This document shows positions 42,021 to 51,659 of a DNA stretch of 64,000 nt, in pieces. The position numbers were made by a program, and so were the translations under genes. The DNA lies in contig JAJYXT010000078.1 of assembly GCA_021801645.1 (NCBI GenBank), forward strand, positions 4,103-68,102. Direction: 5' to 3'. Below the pieces are notes generated by a model. It was not told the origin of the DNA and did no database searches. It was given only the letters and a program-made list of their open reading frames with translations. How positions within the stretch are numbered: the first letter of the stretch is position 1; every line of letters begins with the position of its first letter. Origin of the DNA: a bacterium (GTDB lineage Bacteria; Chloroflexota; Dormibacteria; Aeolococcales; Bog-877).

Positions 42021-43337
42021 CTACTCCCCGTCCAGATTGGCGAAGTAGGCGGAGACCGCGTGATCGAGCAGCTCCGGGGTTAGCCTCGGTTCGACGCCGA
42101 AGTAGGCGGCGGCATGGATCAGGTGATCCAGGATGTCGCGGGGCTCGCACCCATGGAGGGGCCGCCCGGACTTGCGGTAGTGCTCCTCCACCAGATAGCT
42201 CACCGCCTCGGGGTCGTAGGTGAGGCCCATGCTCTCGCAGGCCCGCCGGAAGATCCGCCCGTATTCGATCACCGAGGGATTGGGGACCTCCACCTTGTAG
42301 CGGATCCGGCGCAGGAAGGCCTCGTCCACCAGGTCCTTGGGCTTGAGGTTGGTGGAGAGGATGAGGATCTCGGTGAACGGCACCTGGACGGTGGTCCCCG
42401 CCCGGGAGATGTTCAGGTAGTCGTAACCCGCCTCCAGCGGCACGATCAGCCGGTTGAGAAGGTCCTGTGGCGAGAGCTGCTGCCGCCCGAAGTCGTCCAC
42501 CACGAACAGCCCCCCGTTGGCCTTCAACTGGAGCGAGGCCTCGTAGAAGCCCATCCTGGGATCGAAGCTCAGCTCCAGCTCGCGTCCGGTCAGCTCGCCA
42601 CCGGCGATCACCACCGGGCGGGTGCAGAAGGCCCACCTAGTGTCATGGGCCGGGAGCTCGGCGGGGACGGGCTTGTGGTGCACGGGGTCGAAGATCCGGA
42701 TCACCTCGCCCTTCACGTAGATGGCGTGAGGCACGAACAGGGGATCGCCCAGCAGTGAGGCGCAGGCCTGAGCGATGGTGCTCTTGCCGTTGCCGGGCGG
42801 GCCGTACAGGAAGATCGACTGGCGCGAGCTGAGGGCCGGGCCGAGGCGGTTGAGGACGCTCGGCGGGAGCACCAGCTTGTCCAGGGCGGCGCGCAGGAGC
42901 TGGTGGGTGACCATCGGACCGGTGCGGCCCTGGTAGCGGGCCACGGCCACATACACCTCCAGGGGAACGGGGGCCGGCCCCGCGTACTGGCTGACCTCGA
43001 TCAGCTCACGGGCGCGCTCCCGGCCGGTACGGCTGATGGCGTACTGCAGACCCTCGGCGAACCCGGCATCTCCGTCCACGGTGCCCCGGATGCCGGTGGT
43101 TCCGCAGTAGCCCTCGTCCGAGAGGAACTTCAGGGCATCCGAGACCATGCCCCAGGGCAGGCACACATGGCGCGCCAAGTCCCGACCCAGCATCCCGCCG
43201 TTGAAGTAGAGGACCTTGAGGACCAGGTCACAAATGAAGTTGAACGGAAGGCCGGCCTCCTTCGGGCTCTGGGGAACCGGGGGAAAGCCGATCTGGCTGC
43301 GGGAACTGGGTGGAGAGCTGACGGTGGCTGCAGACAT
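42021..43337 (-). CDS. AAA+ ATPase with a ~170-aa N-terminal domain; stand-alone
   Basis: In ORF 42021..43565. ATG 43337 (MSAATVSS). Walker A LYGPPGNGKST. Walker B LFVVDDFG. Sensor/Arg region DEAFLRRIRYK. Confidence 0.8.
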   Translation of the reverse strand: MSAATVSSPPSSRSQIGFPPVPQSPKEAGLPFNFICDLVLKVLYFNGGMLGRDLARHVCLPWGMVSDALKFLSDEGYCGTTGIRGTVDGDAGFAEGLQYAISRTGRERARELIEVSQYAGPAPVPLEVYVAVARYQGRTGPMVTHQLLRAALDKLVLPPSVLNRLGPALSSRQSIFLYGPPGNGKSTIAQACASLLGDPLFVPHAIYVKGEVIRIFDPVHHKPVPAELPAHDTRWAFCTRPVVIAGGELTGRELELSFDPRMGFYEASLQLKANGGLFVVDDFGRQQLSPQDLLNRLIVPLEAGYDYLNISRAGTTVQVPFTEILILSTNLKPKDLVDEAFLRRIRYKVEVPNPSVIEYGRIFRRACESMGLTYDPEAVSYLVEEHYRKSGRPLHGCEPRDILDHLIHAAAYFGVEPRLTPELLDHAVSAYFANLDGE

Positions 43338-43567
43338 TCTGTGTGCTTCGAACTCCTGAAGGAGGTGGCGCGTCACCCCGGCTGACTGGCGCCAGTCTCC
43401 CACCGAAACCACCGAATTCATCCCCCGACACCAGCAGTTTGCAGAGCCGTGAGGCGATCGCCACCGGACTGTGACCGGCCCCAGCCGCCGCCTCGATTCC
43501 GGGGCGGTCGCGCGCGGGCTGGCATAATCGCCGAACGGATGGCAGCCCCAAGGACCCGGCCCCACCC

Positions 43568-45700
43568 ATGCAGGAGATAGAGCTCCCGCCCGGCAAGCGC
43601 CGCCGCTCCACCTCCGGCCGCCGCCGCCGAGGTCAGGGAGGGCGGGATGCCGGCTTCTGGCGACGGCATGGATTCCTCCGCCGCAGCGCCCTCGCTCTCG
43701 TGGTCCTGGTCCTGGCGGGGTGCGCCGGGCTGGGCACCGGCTTCATAGTCCTGGCCGCCTTCCAGGTCGGGCTCCCGTCGGTCACGGACCTCCCCAACCT
43801 GGGTCCGCCGCAGAACAGCTACCTGCTGGCCAGCAACGGGACGCTGCTCACCGTGCTCCACGAGCCCGGGGAGCAGCACATCCACGTCGGCATCTCCCAG
43901 GTCAGCCCCTGGGTGATCAAGGCCACCGTGGCCGTCGAGGACCGCCACTTCTTCCAGGACGCCGGCTCGGTGGACCTGCCGCGGATCATCTCCGCCGGGC
44001 TGCACGACATCGTCCACCACGGCTCCCTGCAGGGAGCCAGCACCATCACCGAGCAGCTGGCCAAAATCTCCTTTCTCACCCCGGCCCAGACCATCACCCG
44101 GAAGATCCGCGAGCTCCTCCTCGGCTTTGAGATCTCCAAGACCTTCAAGCCCGATCAGATCCTGCAGATGTACCTGAACCGGATCGACTACGGCAACCAG
44201 GCGATCGGCATCGGCACCGCCGCGGAGTTGTACTTCCACATCCCGGCCAGCAAGCTCGACCTGGCCCAGGCCAGCATGCTGGCGGGAATCCCCGACGCCC
44301 CCTCCGCCTTCGACCCCCTGGCCTACGTGGGGACCAAGGGCCCCAACTACGCCAAGCTACGCCAGCAGGTGGTCCTGGAGGCGATGGTGGCCAACCACTA
44401 CATCACCCAGGCCCAGTCCGTGGCCGCCTTCAAGGAGCAGCTCACCTACTACCCCTGGGAGGACAGCAGCCCCCTGCTGGCGCCCAACTTCGTGACCTAC
44501 GTCGAGAGCGAGCTGCAGCAGCGCTTCGGCGACGCCTACCTCAATCCCGGGGGCTGGACCATCTACACCACCCTGAACATGGCTGACCAGCAGACGGCGG
44601 AGCAGACCATCCAGAACCCGGCCAACAACGCCCGCTTGCTCCGCGTGTACAACATCGGGGACTCCGCGCTGGTCTCCCTCGACCCCCGGGACGGTGAGAT
44701 CCTGGCCATGGTGGGCACCAGCAACTACAACGGCTCAGTGGGCCAGATCAACATGACGGTGGAGCCGCGGCGCCCCGGGTCGAGCTTCAAGATGTTCACC
44801 TACACCGCCGCCATCGCCTCGGGCAAGTTCACCATGACCACGCCGGTCCTCGACGCGCCGATCAACATCAACGGCTACCAGCCGCAGAACTACGAGCACG
44901 ACTTCAGCGGCATCTGCCAGCTGCAGGTCTGCCTGGGCAACTCCATCAACATCCCCGCGGTCAAGGTGGAGATGATCACCGGCCTGCAGAACGTGGTGGC
45001 CATGGCGGAGCGGATGGGCACCTCCCTGCTGCTGAACCCGCAGAACACCTATGGAGACGCCCTCACCCTGGGCGGGCTGTCCATCGGGGTCACCGAGCTG
45101 CAGATGGCGACCGGGGCCTCGGTGCTGGCCAGCGGCGGGGTGCTTCATGAGCCCACCTCGATCCTCAAGGTGGTGCAGGGGGGCCAGACCATCTACCAGT
45201 ACAACGTCGCCAACAACTCGGTCCAGGTGGTGCCCCCGGACGTGGCCTTCATCATGAACGCGATGCTCTCCAACAACAACAACCGGCTCCGGGACTTCGG
45301 GCCCTACGCCCACCTGACCCTGCCCGGCCGCCCGGTCTCGGCCAAGACCGGCACCTCGGACGCCCAGTACGCCAACGGCGCCTACTCCAACAACATCGAG
45401 GACAACTGGACCTTCGGATGGACCCCACAGCTGGTGACCGGAGTCTGGGTGGGCAATCCGGACGGGCAGACCCTCAGCAACGTCACGTCGGGAATCTCCG
45501 GCGCCGCCCCCCTCTGGCAGAGCTACATGGAGCAGGTGCTCTCCGGGCAGCCGGCCCTCTGGTACACGAAGCCGGCCGATGTGGTCCAGGTCGGTTCCGG
45601 CCCCTACCCCTACTACTACCTGCCCAACACGGTGAGCTACGCCAACCAGGAGGTGAACTGCCCCCCAGCCTATCGCTCCGGCTGGAACGGCACCTGCTAG
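43568..45700 (+). CDS. ponA: Class A penicillin-binding protein (glycosyltransferase + transpeptidase)
   Basis: ORF 43568..45700. GT51 motifs EDRHFF, GASTITEQL. Transpeptidase motifs PGSSFK, KTGTS. Confidence 0.9.
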   Translation: MQEIELPPGKRRRSTSGRRRRGQGGRDAGFWRRHGFLRRSALALVVLVLAGCAGLGTGFIVLAAFQVGLPSVTDLPNLGPPQNSYLLASNGTLLTVLHEPGEQHIHVGISQVSPWVIKATVAVEDRHFFQDAGSVDLPRIISAGLHDIVHHGSLQGASTITEQLAKISFLTPAQTITRKIRELLLGFEISKTFKPDQILQMYLNRIDYGNQAIGIGTAAELYFHIPASKLDLAQASMLAGIPDAPSAFDPLAYVGTKGPNYAKLRQQVVLEAMVANHYITQAQSVAAFKEQLTYYPWEDSSPLLAPNFVTYVESELQQRFGDAYLNPGGWTIYTTLNMADQQTAEQTIQNPANNARLLRVYNIGDSALVSLDPRDGEILAMVGTSNYNGSVGQINMTVEPRRPGSSFKMFTYTAAIASGKFTMTTPVLDAPININGYQPQNYEHDFSGICQLQVCLGNSINIPAVKVEMITGLQNVVAMAERMGTSLLLNPQNTYGDALTLGGLSIGVTELQMATGASVLASGGVLHEPTSILKVVQGGQTIYQYNVANNSVQVVPPDVAFIMNAMLSNNNNRLRDFGPYAHLTLPGRPVSAKTGTSDAQYANGAYSNNIEDNWTFGWTPQLVTGVWVGNPDGQTLSNVTSGISGAAPLWQSYMEQVLSGQPALWYTKPADVVQVGSGPYPYYYLPNTVSYANQEVNCPPAYRSGWNGTC

Positions 45701-46674
45701 GGCTGCCCGGTACGCCCGGCCAGAACGGCGGCAGCCAGCCTCTCCGGCGAGTCGGACTCCAGAGCGTCGGGGAAGTGGCAGCAGACCTCACTGACGCCTA
45801 GGTCCAGGTAGGCCTGAAGCTGCTGGGCACAGCCTTCGGGTGTCCCCACCAGCCTCCGGGCCCGGAATTTGGCCCGCTGCTCACCGTGCCGGTTGAAGCG
45901 CTCGACCAGCCGGTCAGCCTCGACCTCGGTCTCCCCCACAAGGCAGTCCAGGACCACCGCCACGCGCACGCTGTGCAGTGGACGGCCGACCTGGCGGCAG
46001 TGCTCGGCGAGGACGTCCAGCTTGCGGGAGACCCGCTCGGGGGGGCCGAACAGGCTGCAACCGTCCGCATGCCTGGCCACCTGCCAGAGGGTGAGCCTCT
46101 CACCCCCGCCGGCGATCCAGACCGGGGGGAAAGGCTGCTGCAAGGGGCGAGGGATCACCGCGGCGCCGTCAATGACGGTGTAACGGCCCTCAAAGTGGGT
46201 GGTCTCCCCGGACCAGCAGGCCCGCAGAAGCTCGGCGGCCTCGCCGGCGGCCAGGATCCGCTCTCGCAGTTGCGGCGCCGGCAACCCGAACGCCCGCAGC
46301 TCCCGGGCGTCCGAGCCGGCACCCAGCCCCACCTCCAGCCGGCCTCCGCTCAGGATGTCTAGGTTGGCGAGCTGGAGCGCAAGCGGCCCTAGGAGGTGCC
46401 GGGGCAGAGCCAGGCACATCGTCCCCACCCGCACCTGGGTGGTGGCCCAGGCCACCACCGCCAGGGAAATGAGGGGATCCAGGATCGGGCCCGGCGGGCC
46501 GGGGTCTGCCGACCGCAGGTGGTCATACACCCACACCGCACCGAAGCCGGCCCTCTCCGCCCTCAGGGCGACGCCCACCATGGTCTCGAAGTGCCGCTCG
46601 GGTGCCGCGGCGGGCAGGTCGTGCCGCCAGCCCTGGGGGAGGAAGCACCCCAGGCGGAGCTGCTCGCCGCTCAC
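45697..46674 (-). CDS. Luciferase-like (LLM-class, probably F420-dependent) oxidoreductase
   Basis: ORF 45697..46674. FGAVWVYDHL, GGRLEVGLGAG, typical LLM length. Confidence 0.8.
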   Translation of the reverse strand: MSGEQLRLGCFLPQGWRHDLPAAAPERHFETMVGVALRAERAGFGAVWVYDHLRSADPGPPGPILDPLISLAVVAWATTQVRVGTMCLALPRHLLGPLALQLANLDILSGGRLEVGLGAGSDARELRAFGLPAPQLRERILAAGEAAELLRACWSGETTHFEGRYTVIDGAAVIPRPLQQPFPPVWIAGGGERLTLWQVARHADGCSLFGPPERVSRKLDVLAEHCRQVGRPLHSVRVAVVLDCLVGETEVEADRLVERFNRHGEQRAKFRARRLVGTPEGCAQQLQAYLDLGVSEVCCHFPDALESDSPERLAAAVLAGRTGQP

Positions 46675-47042
46675 CCGGGAGCCGCGGCCACCCGCTCCGA
46701 GGGCCGCGGCCGCACCCGGCGTGCCGGCCCCCAGAGGCCCTCAAGGTCATAGTAGGCACGCTCCCCGGGGAGGAAGATGTGGGCGATCACCGAGTCGAAG
46801 TCGAGGCAGACCCAGGACCCCTCCTCCATCCCCGCTCGGCTCAGCGGGTGCTGCCCGGCGAGCGCCGCGGCCTCATCCATGGCGTCGGCGACGGCGCGGA
46901 CCTGGCGGTCGGTGTCGCCCTCGCAGATCACCAGGTAGTCAGCCATAGTGGTCTTGCCCCGGAGGTCGATCCGCACCACGTTGCGGGCCTTGCGCGAGAG
47001 CGCGGCGTCGGCGATCAGCCGGCTCAGTTGCAAGGGCGTCAT
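46671..47042 (-). CDS. rsfS: Ribosome silencing factor RsfS (iojap)
   Basis: ORF 46671..47042. ADYLVICEGDTDRQVRAVAD...WVCLDFDSVIAHIF. Confidence 0.9.
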   Translation of the reverse strand: MTPLQLSRLIADAALSRKARNVVRIDLRGKTTMADYLVICEGDTDRQVRAVADAMDEAAALAGQHPLSRAGMEEGSWVCLDFDSVIAHIFLPGERAYYDLEGLWGPARRVRPRPSERVAAAPG

Positions 47043-47698
47043 CTGGGGGCGATTATCCCATCGGGAACAGCAGCCGACCCGGCGGGCTCCCGGTAGAGCC
47101 CGCGCTCACGGATGTAGCGGAGGACGGGGTCCGCCAGGAGCCCGTCGGCCTTCTCGCCCCGGCGAAGCCGGGCCCGGACCCGGCTGGACTCCACCTCGGG
47201 CGCTGCGAGCGACACCTGCTCAGGCTCGGGGCCCAGCCAGCCGTGCCCCCTCAGCTCCTCGACGGCCGCCTGGGCCCCAATCCGGGCTCCGGGGCGGTCG
47301 AACACCACGAGACGGGCCAGCGCCGCCACCCGGTCGGGGCGGTGCCAGCGCCAGAGGCCCCGAGCGGCGTCGGAGCCCAGGGCCAAAAGGAGCGGGCGCT
47401 CCGGCTCGTCAGCGGCCAAGCGGGCCAGCGTATCCGCTGTGTAGGAGGGACCGGGCCGCCTCACCTCCAGATCGGACACCGACACCAGAGGGTCCCCCAC
47501 CCCCTGCACCATGAGCTGGGTCATACGCAGACGGTCCTCCGGACTGGCGCTCGGGGTACGGCGGTGGGCGGGGTGGCCATTGGGAACCACCAGCAGTGGC
47601 AGCCGGAGATTGCTGCGCAATCCCACGATCACCTCCTGATGGCCCAGATGAGGCGGGTCGAAGGTCCCCCCGAAGACCACCAGCGGCTGCGGCGTCAC
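47039..47698 (-). CDS. nadD: Nicotinate-nucleotide adenylyltransferase
   Basis: ORF 47039..47698. GGTFDPPHLGH. 4-nt overlaps with obg and rsfS. Confidence 0.9.
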   Translation of the reverse strand: MTPQPLVVFGGTFDPPHLGHQEVIVGLRSNLRLPLLVVPNGHPAHRRTPSASPEDRLRMTQLMVQGVGDPLVSVSDLEVRRPGPSYTADTLARLAADEPERPLLLALGSDAARGLWRWHRPDRVAALARLVVFDRPGARIGAQAAVEELRGHGWLGPEPEQVSLAAPEVESSRVRARLRRGEKADGLLADPVLRYIRERGLYREPAGSAAVPDGIIAPR

Positions 47699-48981
47699 CT
47701 GGCAGGTCCCTCAGGCACGAAGGTGAACTCCACGCCCCCGATCTCCACCAAGTCCCCCTCGGCCGCTCCGGAGGCGGCGAGCTGGGACTCCACCCCGAGA
47801 CGCCGCAGCTGCCTCTGCAGCCGCGTCACCTCCTCCGGGTCGTCCAGGTCCGCGGCCTCCACCAGCCGCACGACGCCGTCGCCGGTCACCCGGTAGCGGC
47901 CAGCTCCCCCCTCCACCAGGACATCCTGGCGGGTCGGACGCGGACCGGGATAGAGACGAAAGCCGCCCTGAGGGAGCGACTCCCGCCCTGCCGCCAACCC
48001 GATGGACTCCTGCAGGAGCTCACCGAGCCCCTCCCCCGTCAGGGCCGAGACCGCAAGCACCGCCGATCCCGCTCCCGCGGCCTGCCGCAGCGCCTTCAGC
48101 ACCCTGGCACGGTCCCGCCCCATCAGCAGGTCCACCTTGTTTGCGGCCACCAGCCGCGGGCGAGAGGCCAGCTCCTCGTCCCAGGCGCAGAGCTCGAGCT
48201 GGACCTCTGAGTACGCCCGCACGGCCGCCTCCGGGCCGGCGCTGGCGTCTACCACCTGAACCAGAGATCGCGTGCGCTGCAGGTGGCGCAGGAAACCGAT
48301 GCCCAAGCCGGCTCCGAGATGTGCGCCCTCGATCAGGCCGGGGACGTCGGCCACCGTGACGGTCCGACCACCATCCAACTCGGCGACTCCGAGATTGGGA
48401 GTGAGCGTGGTGAAGGGATAGTCGGCCACCTTGGGGCGGGCTCCGGTCAGTCGAGCCAGCAGGCTGGACTTGCCCGCGTTGGGCAGTCCCACCAGGCCGA
48501 GGTCGGCTATCAGCCGGAGCTCGAGCCTGACCACCGCCACCTCCCCGGGTTCCCCGAGCTCGCGATGGCGGGGGGTCTGAGCGACCGGAGTGGCGAAGTG
48601 GGTGTTGCCCCATCCCCCCCTCCCCCCGGCCGCCACCACCAGGGTCGCCCCCGGGCGGTCCAGGTCGGCCAGGAGTCGGCCCGTGGCGGCGTCGAACACC
48701 ATGGTCCCAGCGGGGACCGGTAGGCGGACCGCCTCGCCGTCGGCCCCGTGTCGCCTGGAGGGCCCACCGGGGCCGCCCGGTGACGCCTTGAACCGGCGCT
48801 CCGTCTGGAACCGCTGCAGAGAGGCCTCACCGAGGTCGGCGACCAGCACCACATCGCCGCCGCGTCCCCCGTCGCCGCCGTCCGGCCCACCGCGGGGCAC
48901 GTACTTCTCCCGACGCAGGCTGTTGGAGCCCGCTCCGCCCTTGCCTCCGCTCAGGTGGAGCTCGACCTCGTCGAGGAACAT
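47695..48981 (-). CDS. obg: GTPase Obg/CgtA
   Basis: ORF 47695..48981. MFLDEVELHLSGGKGGAG, Gly-rich Obg fold, G1 GLPNAGKSSLL, C-terminal OCT-like domain. Confidence 0.95.
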   Translation of the reverse strand: MFLDEVELHLSGGKGGAGSNSLRREKYVPRGGPDGGDGGRGGDVVLVADLGEASLQRFQTERRFKASPGGPGGPSRRHGADGEAVRLPVPAGTMVFDAATGRLLADLDRPGATLVVAAGGRGGWGNTHFATPVAQTPRHRELGEPGEVAVVRLELRLIADLGLVGLPNAGKSSLLARLTGARPKVADYPFTTLTPNLGVAELDGGRTVTVADVPGLIEGAHLGAGLGIGFLRHLQRTRSLVQVVDASAGPEAAVRAYSEVQLELCAWDEELASRPRLVAANKVDLLMGRDRARVLKALRQAAGAGSAVLAVSALTGEGLGELLQESIGLAAGRESLPQGGFRLYPGPRPTRQDVLVEGGAGRYRVTGDGVVRLVEAADLDDPEEVTRLQRQLRRLGVESQLAASGAAEGDLVEIGGVEFTFVPEGPAR

Positions 48982-49011
48982 CAGGACCGGCTGACGGCGG
49001 CCGGCGCTAAC

Positions 49012-49281
49012 TCAGCCGGCGTCGGCAGAGACGGGATGTATGGCGACCCGGGTGCGGTCGGTGCGGTAGGGCTGGTAGACGACCTGGCCGGGAGTGAGCG
49101 CGAACAGGGTGTGGTCTCGCCCCACCCCAACTCCAGCCCCGGCAAGGATCCGGGTCCCACGCTGGCGCACCAGGACGGCTCCCGCCAAGACCTGCTCCCC
49201 GCCGTACACCTTCACCCCCAGCCGCTGGGACTGACTGTCGCGCCCGTTCCGGCTGCTCCCGCCGCCCTTCTTATGAGCCAT
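49012..49281 (-). CDS. rpmA: 50S ribosomal protein L27
   Basis: Last 89 codons of ORF 49012..49458: [28 protein letters not shown]. Confidence 0.95.
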   Translation of the reverse strand: MAHKKGGGSSRNGRDSQSQRLGVKVYGGEQVLAGAVLVRQRGTRILAGAGVGVGRDHTLFALTPGQVVYQPYRTDRTRVAIHPVSADAG

Positions 49282-49864
49282 CTCCACCTCCCCCTTCGCC
49301 GTCGCCCGCGGCCTCTGGGGCCGCCTCGCTGGCGGGGGCCCGGCGCCGCCGGGGCGCCCTGGTTGCCTTGGGCGTGCCGCCGGACGCCGCCACCGCTTCC
49401 GGCGGCTCATCAGGCAACTCCACCTGAGCGGCCTCCGCCGGCATCGACTGGAGAGCATCCTCCTCAGGAGCTACCACAGCCGCCTTCCGGGACGACCTGC
49501 GGGTCGCCGCGGCGCGACGCTCCCCGGCTGGCTCCTGCCCGGGGGCGAGGACCTCATCGATCCGCAGCTCAGTCAGCTCGGCCCGGAACCCCATCGTGCG
49601 CCGGTAGCGCTTCTTCGGCTTGTACTTGAAAACCACGACCTTGGGACCGCGAAGGTGGCTGACCGCGGTGGCGGTCACCTTTGCCCCCTCCACCGTCGGC
49701 CGTCCGACGGCGGTTAGCGCGCTATCCCCGGGCTCGGCCACCAACATGCGCACATCGCCCAGTTCCACGGCCTGACCTTCGGACACGGCCATGCGGTCCA
49801 CCACCAACCTCTCACCGGGCCGCGCCCGATACTGGCGTCCCCCCACCTGGACTACCGCGTACAT
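49271..49864 (-). CDS. rplU: 50S ribosomal protein L21 with a ~95-aa Ala/Pro/Glu/Arg-rich C-terminal extension
   Basis: ORF 49271..49864. [24 protein letters not shown]...[19 protein letters not shown]. The tail overlaps the rpmA start by 11 nt. Confidence 0.9.
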   Translation of the reverse strand: MYAVVQVGGRQYRARPGERLVVDRMAVSEGQAVELGDVRMLVAEPGDSALTAVGRPTVEGAKVTATAVSHLRGPKVVVFKYKPKKRYRRTMGFRAELTELRIDEVLAPGQEPAGERRAAATRRSSRKAAVVAPEEDALQSMPAEAAQVELPDEPPEAVAASGGTPKATRAPRRRRAPASEAAPEAAGDGEGGGGDGS

Positions 49865-49970
49865 GCGAACTCCCGAATCGAGGCTGGAGCCGGGGCCCCA
49901 CAGCCCAGGCGGAAGCAGCCGCCCCGAGGCGCGCTCAGCTGTCGAGTCTACCAGACCGACCTGGAGCAGA

Positions 49971-50921
49971 TCAGGGACCAGTGACCGCCACTGGGGTCAG
50001 CGCCGAGTAGTTGGTCTGGATGTCGTTCTGGTTGCTGGATCCGGTCCCGGTGACAACCGTGGCCGAGGCCTGGTACACCCCGGCGCCGACATCGGGCAGG
50101 ACCCGGACCTCGAAGGTGATGGTCAGGACCCCTGGACCGCCGGCGCCGGACCCGGGGATGTCGAACCCGACCCAGTTGGGAATCACCGATCCGACCACCG
50201 GGTAGGTGGCTCCCCCGGTGCTGGCGTTGCCCGAGGTGGAGACGGTGGACTGGTAGTCAAAGTCCGACGGCAAGGTGATGCTGAGGGTGGTGCCCATGGC
50301 GGCCCCGCTGCCGGTGTTGGTGAGGGTGGCCACGTAGGTCAGGGTCGAGCCGGCAGTCACTGTGGAGGGACTGGCGCGGAGGCTGAGGGCCAGGTCCGGA
50401 GCCGGAGTCACCTGGAGGGCCAGCGGGGCGGCGGAGAGGGTCCCCGAGTACCCGGTGGCGAAGACCTGGGGCACGAGGCTGGCCGAACCACTTCCGCCGG
50501 TGGCCGCGAACTGCGCAGTCACGATCACCTGGCTGGGAAGGCCAGGCGCTCCCGCCCCGATCGTCCAGGAGCCCCAGGTGAGGGTTGCCTGCCGGGACAC
50601 CGGGGAGACGTCGGCGGAGCGCACCGAATCCCCGTTCTCCGCGACCGAGACCGTGTTGGTGTAGGTGAACCCGTTGGGAACCGCGACCCGCAGGGTGACC
50701 CCCTGGACCGAGCTGCTGCCCACGTTGGTGATGGTGATCTGCACATCGACGGACGATCCCTGCGCCACCTGGTTGGAGGTGGCGTTGCCGCCCAGGGCTA
50801 CCACCTGGGTTTGAACCTTGAGCCCGGCGATGGCCGGGGAAGCGCCGCAGCCCCCCAGGGCACCGCCGGCCAGCACCAGCGCCGGAGCGGCGATCGCCAG
50901 CCCCCCCAGCCGTGAATTCAG
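49971..50921 (-). CDS. DUF11-repeat (conserved repeat domain) surface lipoprotein
   Basis: ORF 49971..50876 starts at a GTG only 9 codons before the lipobox Cys (LGGC). Extending in frame to the CTG at 50921 gives a full signal peptide NSRLGGLAIAAPALVLAGGALGGC. DUF11-like blocks TITNVGSSSVQGVTL and TLTNTGSGAAMGTTL. Confidence 0.65.
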   Translation of the reverse strand: MNSRLGGLAIAAPALVLAGGALGGCGASPAIAGLKVQTQVVALGGNATSNQVAQGSSVDVQITITNVGSSSVQGVTLRVAVPNGFTYTNTVSVAENGDSVRSADVSPVSRQATLTWGSWTIGAGAPGLPSQVIVTAQFAATGGSGSASLVPQVFATGYSGTLSAAPLALQVTPAPDLALSLRASPSTVTAGSTLTYVATLTNTGSGAAMGTTLSITLPSDFDYQSTVSTSGNASTGGATYPVVGSVIPNWVGFDIPGSGAGGPGVLTITFEVRVLPDVGAGVYQASATVVTGTGSSNQNDIQTNYSALTPVAVTGP

Positions 50922-51592
50922 CGCCCGCCCCCGGCGTGGTTGCTGCTGGCCAGTGGGCGCCTGGTGTTGGCGTACTTCCCCACCGGCACCGAGCGGTCCG
51001 GGGCGGTGGGCAGCGGGTCAGGGTAGCCGACCTCCCCGAGAAGCCGCATGGCCAGCTGGCAGTCGAGCCCGATCACGGTGTCGGTCCGGCCCCCGATCGC
51101 CTCCACCAGGCCGCCCCCCAACCCCTGTACCGCATATCCACCCGCCTTGTCCAGGGGTTCGCCGCCGGCCAGGTACTGTTCCAGCTCATCCAGGCTGAAG
51201 TCCCGCATCCGCACCGCCGAGCGCGACACGCCGATCCGCTCCTCGCCGGTGGCCGGGGCCAGGGCGCACACGCCGGAGAGGACCACGTGCCTCTGCCCGC
51301 GCAGCTCCAAGAGCATCTCGCGGGCGCGCTGGACGGTGCCGGGCTTCCCCAGCGGGCCAGAGGACCCGACGACGATGGTGTCGGCGGCCAGGATGCAGAC
51401 CGGTCCCGGGCCGACCGAGGCCGCCACGGCGTGGGCCTTGGCGCGGGCGATCAGCTGGACCGCGAGGTCGGCGCACACTCCCGGTGGCAGGGACTCGTCG
51501 ATTTCCGGAGCCACCGTGCGGATGCGAAGCCCCAAACGCTGCAGAAGCTCCCTCCGCCGTGGGGAGCTGGAAGCCAGCACCAGTTCGGTCAA
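50918..51592 (-). CDS. maf: Maf-family nucleoside triphosphate pyrophosphatase
   Basis: ORF 50918..51592 (TTG). LVLASSSPRRRELL, ILAADTIV, GKPG, DKAGGYAVQG. Confidence 0.9.
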   Translation of the reverse strand: MTELVLASSSPRRRELLQRLGLRIRTVAPEIDESLPPGVCADLAVQLIARAKAHAVAASVGPGPVCILAADTIVVGSSGPLGKPGTVQRAREMLLELRGQRHVVLSGVCALAPATGEERIGVSRSAVRMRDFSLDELEQYLAGGEPLDKAGGYAVQGLGGGLVEAIGGRTDTVIGLDCQLAMRLLGEVGYPDPLPTAPDRSVPVGKYANTRRPLASSNHAGGGR

Positions 51593-51659
51593 GGACGCTT
51601 CCTCGGGTCCCGGCCCCTCGAGCCGGCCTCCCCCATGGCACAGGTCGACGAGGTCGAGT

